A stretch of 63,617 bases of DNA, the filler included, from Stramenopiles sp. TOSAG23-6 (Eukaryota), in the NCBI GenBank assembly GCA_900128565.1. It is 11 parts of 11 records of this genome, joined end to end, with 100 filler letters (N's around TTAATTAATTAA, not from the genome) between each part and the next. Parts side by side here need not be neighbours in the genome. Positions count along the whole stretch, not along the records: positions 57,947 to 63,617 come from LT636856.1; 10 more parts are not named here. One strand, given 5' to 3'. The notes beneath the pieces were generated by a model, which was given only the letters and a program-made list of their open reading frames with translations, did not search any database and was not told the origin of the DNA. A program made the translations under genes and the position numbers. Every line of letters begins with the position of its first letter. The stretch's first letter is position 1. Below, in pieces: positions 57,947 to 63,617 of this stretch.

Positions 57947-60900
57947 GATTGTCCTGTGGCTATTGAAATTTCACCTGAAATATCATCAGATGAACCTGTA
58001 GAAAGAGTAAGTGAACCTGTCTGACCCACCAGAGAAGATTCTACCCCGTGTGTATTGGTATACACTTTTATACCAGCGCTGTGTAATGAACCACTTCCGT
58101 CCTTTATAGTAATATCACCACCAGTTGTATTTTTATTATTTGCACTACCACCATTGATAGATACAATACTCCCAACAGATCCAGCACTTTCTTCTGTTGG
58201 CTGAACACGAACATCGCCACTTGTACCATCTTTTGCAATACCCGATGCAATTTGTACGGCCCCAGATGTACTTTTAGAAGATGCTCCCGATTTTATAGAT
58301 ATTGTTCCACTCGAACTACCAGACACCGATGAAATACCTTTTGTAAACAAAGCAACATTGCCTGTTTTGGTTAGACCAGATCCAGTTTCCAAATGAAGTG
58401 AGCCTCCTAACGCATCCATACTGGTTCCAGCATTTATATACACTGTCCCACCATCTGATACACTACTTTTACCAGCTAGCATTTTCATTGAAGACCCACC
58501 ACTGGATTTAGATTGGCCAACCTTCAGCTCTANATTGCCTCCGCTGCTATCATTTCCGAATGCAGAACCAGAATGAATAGAAATATTACCGCTTTCGCCT
58601 TGTATAGAGGTCCCAGTTTGAAGTAATAGGTTGTTATTACTTTCAGTGGATCTTGTTCCTGAAACATTTATATTTACATCACCAGTCCCCTTTTCTGCAT
58701 TGGATTTGGATTTTAATATTATTTGGGATTTGTTTGAATCTGCTGATATTAATTGAATATTTTTGTTATCGAATTGAATACCTCCTCCCAAACCATGTGA
58801 GACAGTCAATTTATGATTTTGAAAAGACTCTCCGTTGATAAGAGTGATGTTGCCGGTGTTTGATAATGTGGAGCCTGTTTGAACCGACACCAATCCGCTT
58901 TGAGCATCACCTTCAGCATTTGCAGAACCCATGTTTATTGATCCACTTGAACCAGCACTTGATATGCCGCTATTAAGTTGTAAAAGTCCTCCATTATTTT
59001 CATTTAACACAGACCCACCACTGACAACAACATTTCCAGGAACACTTTCATTCCCACTACCTGCGACAACGCTGATGTTTCCTGATTTGCCTTTCAAAGC
59101 CATAGCGCTTTCTATAGTGATTGATCCAGTAGAACTATTAGCATTTTCGCTATTTACACTGATCTGTCCGCTTTTACCTGTGAACGTTTCACCTGTTTCA
59201 ACTAAAATTCCCCCAGTGTTTTCATTGTCTAACCTACCAGCACTTTTTAGAGAGATATTACCCGACATGTGGTCATCATTTTGTACACCCCCACTACTTA
59301 TCAATACATCACCACCTTCGAGTAGCGATGTCCCAGCAGCAAACGTCATATTCATAGCGTCGATTGATTCAGTGGAGTTACCAGCCGCTATTGAAATTTC
59401 CCCGGCGTTATCTTGAGACACACTCGTGGATATGATTAGAGATCCACTTGACCCTGTGGTTCCAAACGCGAATCCCGATGATAATTGTATAGAACCACTA
59501 TCCTCAGTTGTTTCGGATTGTGTCCCAAAAGATGCATTTCCACCAGATAAACTTGAACCACTCAATATGTTAACACTTCCTCCAATTACAGCATATTCAC
59601 TATTTGCATATCCTCCTGAAATACTTAAACTACTTCCATCATTTTCAGAACTACCAGAAATGATTTCAATGATCCCCGAACTTCCGACGCTACTTGACGT
59701 TGAATAAATTTTCATGTGTCCTGTATTCCTATTTTGAGCATCTCCAGTACTCAGTTCAATGCTACCAGAATCATTATGAATATTTTTATTTACCGACTGT
59801 ATTGTTAATGCGCCACTCTTATTTCCCTGCCCTGTTCCAACATCAACTCCTCCACCAATACCAAAACTTGATCTTCCAGAGCTTAAAGATATGTTGCCCC
59901 CATATGGTTTGACCGATGAAATAAACCCGTTTTTACCAGGTGTAATTATCACCGAACCTGAGGTACGACTAGATGTATTTCCTGTAGATAGCACAATAGA
60001 GCCACTCTCATCGCTAGTTCCAGTATTCAAAGCAATGTTTCCGCTTTTAATATTTTCTGATCCTTCAGTGTTAATAGAAATATCTCCACTTTTCTCTACC
60101 GAATTGGAATATATATTCAATCGCTTCTGTCGGGCTTGTAATGTTGCCAAAATATCGATGGTTACTTTATGCAAATTGATTTGTGAGCTATCCTTGGAAT
60201 TTATCGCCAAGTAATATGGGTTTTCTTTTCCAGCCTTTAGTGACAGTTCGCGTACAACACTTTCATTTTTTTTACCAATATTCAGATATTCTACTGACTG
60301 TATGTCTATATCTTGTAGGTTTTGTAGAAACCCTGTACTTTTGAAAGGACGTGCATTAGTTGTGATACGCATATCTGCAGGCGTCGACAGAGCTGGTGTT
60401 GTGAGAGAAGTATTAAATTCAATCACATTGGAATCAATAGACATTTTTGAATGCCCTTCCATTTCTATTGATGTTGACTGGTTAGTGTCAGATTTCAATA
60501 AAATGTCTTTGCTACTGTTTAGTTTCGCATCTGTTACCGCGTTGTACCGAGCATAACCTTCAGACGCAAAGTATATATTTTGAGTGCCTTTCACAGTTTC
60601 TAATTTCAGTGAATCGCCAGTAGAATTAGCAGAATGAGCACCAGGTTGAATGATAATTGAACCCCCATCATTCAATTCCGATAAACCAGAATTAACATTT
60701 ACATTTCCTGGTGAAACTCCATCTCCGGAGGAAACCTTAATATTACCGGTAATTCCTGTTCCAGTTGATGTAGCAGTCCACAAAGCGACTTCGCCACTCG
60801 AAATACCTCCATCGACCGAAAGAGAGCTTCCACTAGATATATGTATCTCGCCTCCTTTCAAACCCTTCGTTGTTTCACCACCCCCAACAATTAGATTACC

Positions 60901-63617
60901 ACCATTAAAGTCACTAAAAGATGAACCTGGTTTGAGTGAAAAAGATACGGCACCCAACGACGTGTTTAATGAATTTCCCGTATACAATTTCAATTCTCCA
61001 GATGTATGTTTAGCATGACCAGAACTTATTGTTGATACACCAGTTACATCACCGGGGGCGGTTGACGCGTGGACAATGCCACCGACACTTTGTAGCGATA
61101 AAAATCCACCATTTCCCTTACTATTTCCAGCTTTAATATACATGTTTGCGCCAATAGTTGCAGTATTTTCTATTCCAGAAGATAGTGAAATAGAACCAGC
61201 TTTATTAGAAGCATCACCAGAAATAATTTTTAAGTCTCCGGTATCATTTTTAGAACTGTTGCCAGAAGATATCAATACGTCGGCACTTTCTGTCGACTTT
61301 GAAGATGATATAGATATGCTTCCAGAATTCGAATACACAGCAGAACCACTTTTCAAAGATAATGCACCACCATGTGAATCCTCTGTGAAACCAGCACTTA
61401 TAGATATCTCTCCAGATATACTAGCATAAGATTTTCCACTAGACAATTTAATACTACCCCCAGTTGTTGCGGCAGAACCAGATACTATTTTTAATTCCCC
61501 GCTTTCCTCTTTGTTTCCTTGACCAGTTATTATAGTTAAACCGCCACTATTAACTGAGCTAGCTGAATTAATCTGAACTGGGCCACTCGCACTTTCTGAA
61601 GAAGTTGTGGTTCCACTCTGCAGCTGTAGCGACCCCCCCTGAGATACCTCACTGACGCCACCTTTTACTTGGATACTTTCACCACGATCATTAAACGCAC
61701 CAGACCCAGCAATAAGTTTTATTCCACCTGCTTTTCTGAGCGAAAATCCTGTTTGGATGCCGATGCTGCCTGAAGTATTGGTATTAACGCTTGTACCAGT
61801 CATAATGTCAAGACCGCCACTATTATTAATATCATTTGAACTTCTTACTGAAATTTCCCCGCTACTACTGGCACTTTTACCAGAAAGCACTTCAAATCTA
61901 CCACCTGAACCATCAACGGATCCTTCACCACTTTTGAAATGTACATCGCCTCCACCGTCAATCATTCCGCTGCCTGCTTTAACTCTTATTTGAGATGCAT
62001 TTCCGACGGTATCGCCTGTTTCAAAGAGGATATTTCCTGAATCAAACAATTCTGATTGACCGCTACTTATTGTTATAGAAGATGTATCAACAATATTTGC
62101 TGGTGTTTCTACAACTATACTACCGCCTAAGTCATTGGATGAGGACACTCTTCCACTTTGTAGAAAGATTTCACCACCCGTGTTGGATTTCGAAGAACCA
62201 GATTTGAGTAATAAAGAACCCGCTGAACTTTGAGACGAAGACCCTGATGTTATTTTCAATAAACCACCATTGGTTGAGTGTATATCAACATTGCCGGTTG
62301 ATTCCAAAGAAGACACACCAGAACTTACAAGTAAAGCCCCACTTTCATTGCTATCATGCGTTGTAATATTTATTTTACCACTAAACTTTGCACCAATTCC
62401 ACTGTGTAAAACAATGGGGGCCCCAGAAGTTCTCTTTCCAAACCCTCCAATAATTTCTACAGAACCACCTAAATTTACACCACCCCCTGCTAGCAGGGAA
62501 ATTTTGGCACCAACAGAGTCATGTGATTTACCCACTGATATATTGATGTTTCCTGATTTTATCTGGCTCTTACCTGAAGAGATTTCTATTTTACCTGATT
62601 TTTGTTCGGTAGATTCGTTGGAAGAAATTGAAACATTGCCACTTTTAGTTGGCGAAGTGCCAGATTTTACTGTTACTGAAGCACCAGGAAACTTTGATTG
62701 TGTGTTTCCTGGTTTGATTTCAACACTGCCATTGCCATTTCCATTTGCAAACTCGCCAATATTTTTAAGAGTGTTGCCTCCTTTTATATGTATGGCACTT
62801 GCTGCACCACCCGATCCAGTATTTATATACAACTCACCAGATGTTCCATTTTCTGCATCACCGCTTTTCATTACTGTTGTGCCGGTATTTGAACCAGATG
62901 TACTGTATATATCAATTTTTCCACTTGATGCATGATTGACGCCACTCAAAATTGAAACTGATCCCCCAATGGAAGTACTATATCCTGCATTTATCATTAA
63001 ATCGCCCCCACTTGATGTATCAGTAGAACCAGCTATCACATTAATATTACCACCCTTTGAAGATTTCAATTCTATGTCACCACTTTGACCATTACTAACA
63101 TCACCTGATACAATGGAAACTTTGTCGCTTGAAGGTGCCTCTGATGAAGTCACACTTACAAAGCCAGATTGACCAGATTTACTCTCACCACTTGAAACAA
63201 TCACATCTCCACCAGATAATGTTGATGAAGCCCCAGCGGTTATAGTAACATCGCCCCCTGCATACTGTGAGCTACCAACTTCGATATTGATATTACCAGA
63301 ACTTGAATTTTCTGACGACCCAGAAAAAAGATTAATGGATCCACTTTTATGTACACCTTTACCTGTTTTCAATAAAAAATCGCCACTATCTCCCCCATTA
63401 GCTGTGTTTAGTTGAGTTGTACCACTTGAGACTTCTCCAATTCCAGATGTTAGTTCAACACTGCCGTAAAGTTCAATAGACCCAGCATTAGATTTTGCAT
63501 CCGACACTGTAACAAGTACGGAATCACCTTGCATTTCAATATTACCAGAAGCGCCATTAGTCGCAACACCTGAAGACAAAATTATGCTACCACTTGAATC
63601 AGTGCTATTTGCAGATA
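57947..63617 (-). CDS. Very large Ser/Gly-rich repeat protein (SGxIxIxSG units), open at both ends
   Basis: More than 1880 uninterrupted codons of about 13-15-residue degenerate repeats. Confidence 0.9.

Noticed and set aside
58653-62935. Plus-strand ORFs opposite the giant repeat gene, and similar short overlapping ORFs elsewhere
   Set aside because: They are antisense shadows of real genes or low-complexity read-through.
1-63617. Autonomous transposase or reverse transcriptase for the introner
   Set aside because: No ORF in the window shows recognisable DDE, HUH or RT motifs, so the mobilising enzyme is not identified here.

Overview
AT-rich, gene-dense eukaryotic (protist) DNA; a stramenopile origin is my inference from gene content and is not proven. 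The window joins 11 unrelated contigs of about 5.7-5.8 kb with artificial 100-nt linkers (N44-TTAATTAATTAA-N44), so gene order across linkers means nothing. About 30 genes or gene fragments are present, including SUCLG1, a TYW3-Kelch-Trm13-like fusion, CYB5R, NEDD1, NUDT21, CLP1, fucokinase, a PKD2-like channel, a pentameric ligand-gated channel, EFTUD2, EMC1, SART1, GTF3C3, BCAT and P4H. The main signal is that almost all introns belong to one sequence family (about 50 full or partial copies, typically 90-115 nt). Its consensus is GTAYRTTTT...TTTCGTACGAAATTTTGTACCTAAC...GAAATATTTTYCAMAATAC-AT. Of the 36 introns whose two ends I could place by reading frame, 28 end in AT, one in GT and 7 in AG. 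Several interrupt invariant protein motifs that only an AT-ending splice restores. The copies have terminal inverted repeats (GTAT...ATAC) and usually a flanking AT duplication. This fits a MITE-like introner that created non-canonical GT-AT introns en masse and implies relaxed 3' splice-site recognition. All splice calls are inferred from DNA alone; no RNA evidence was available.
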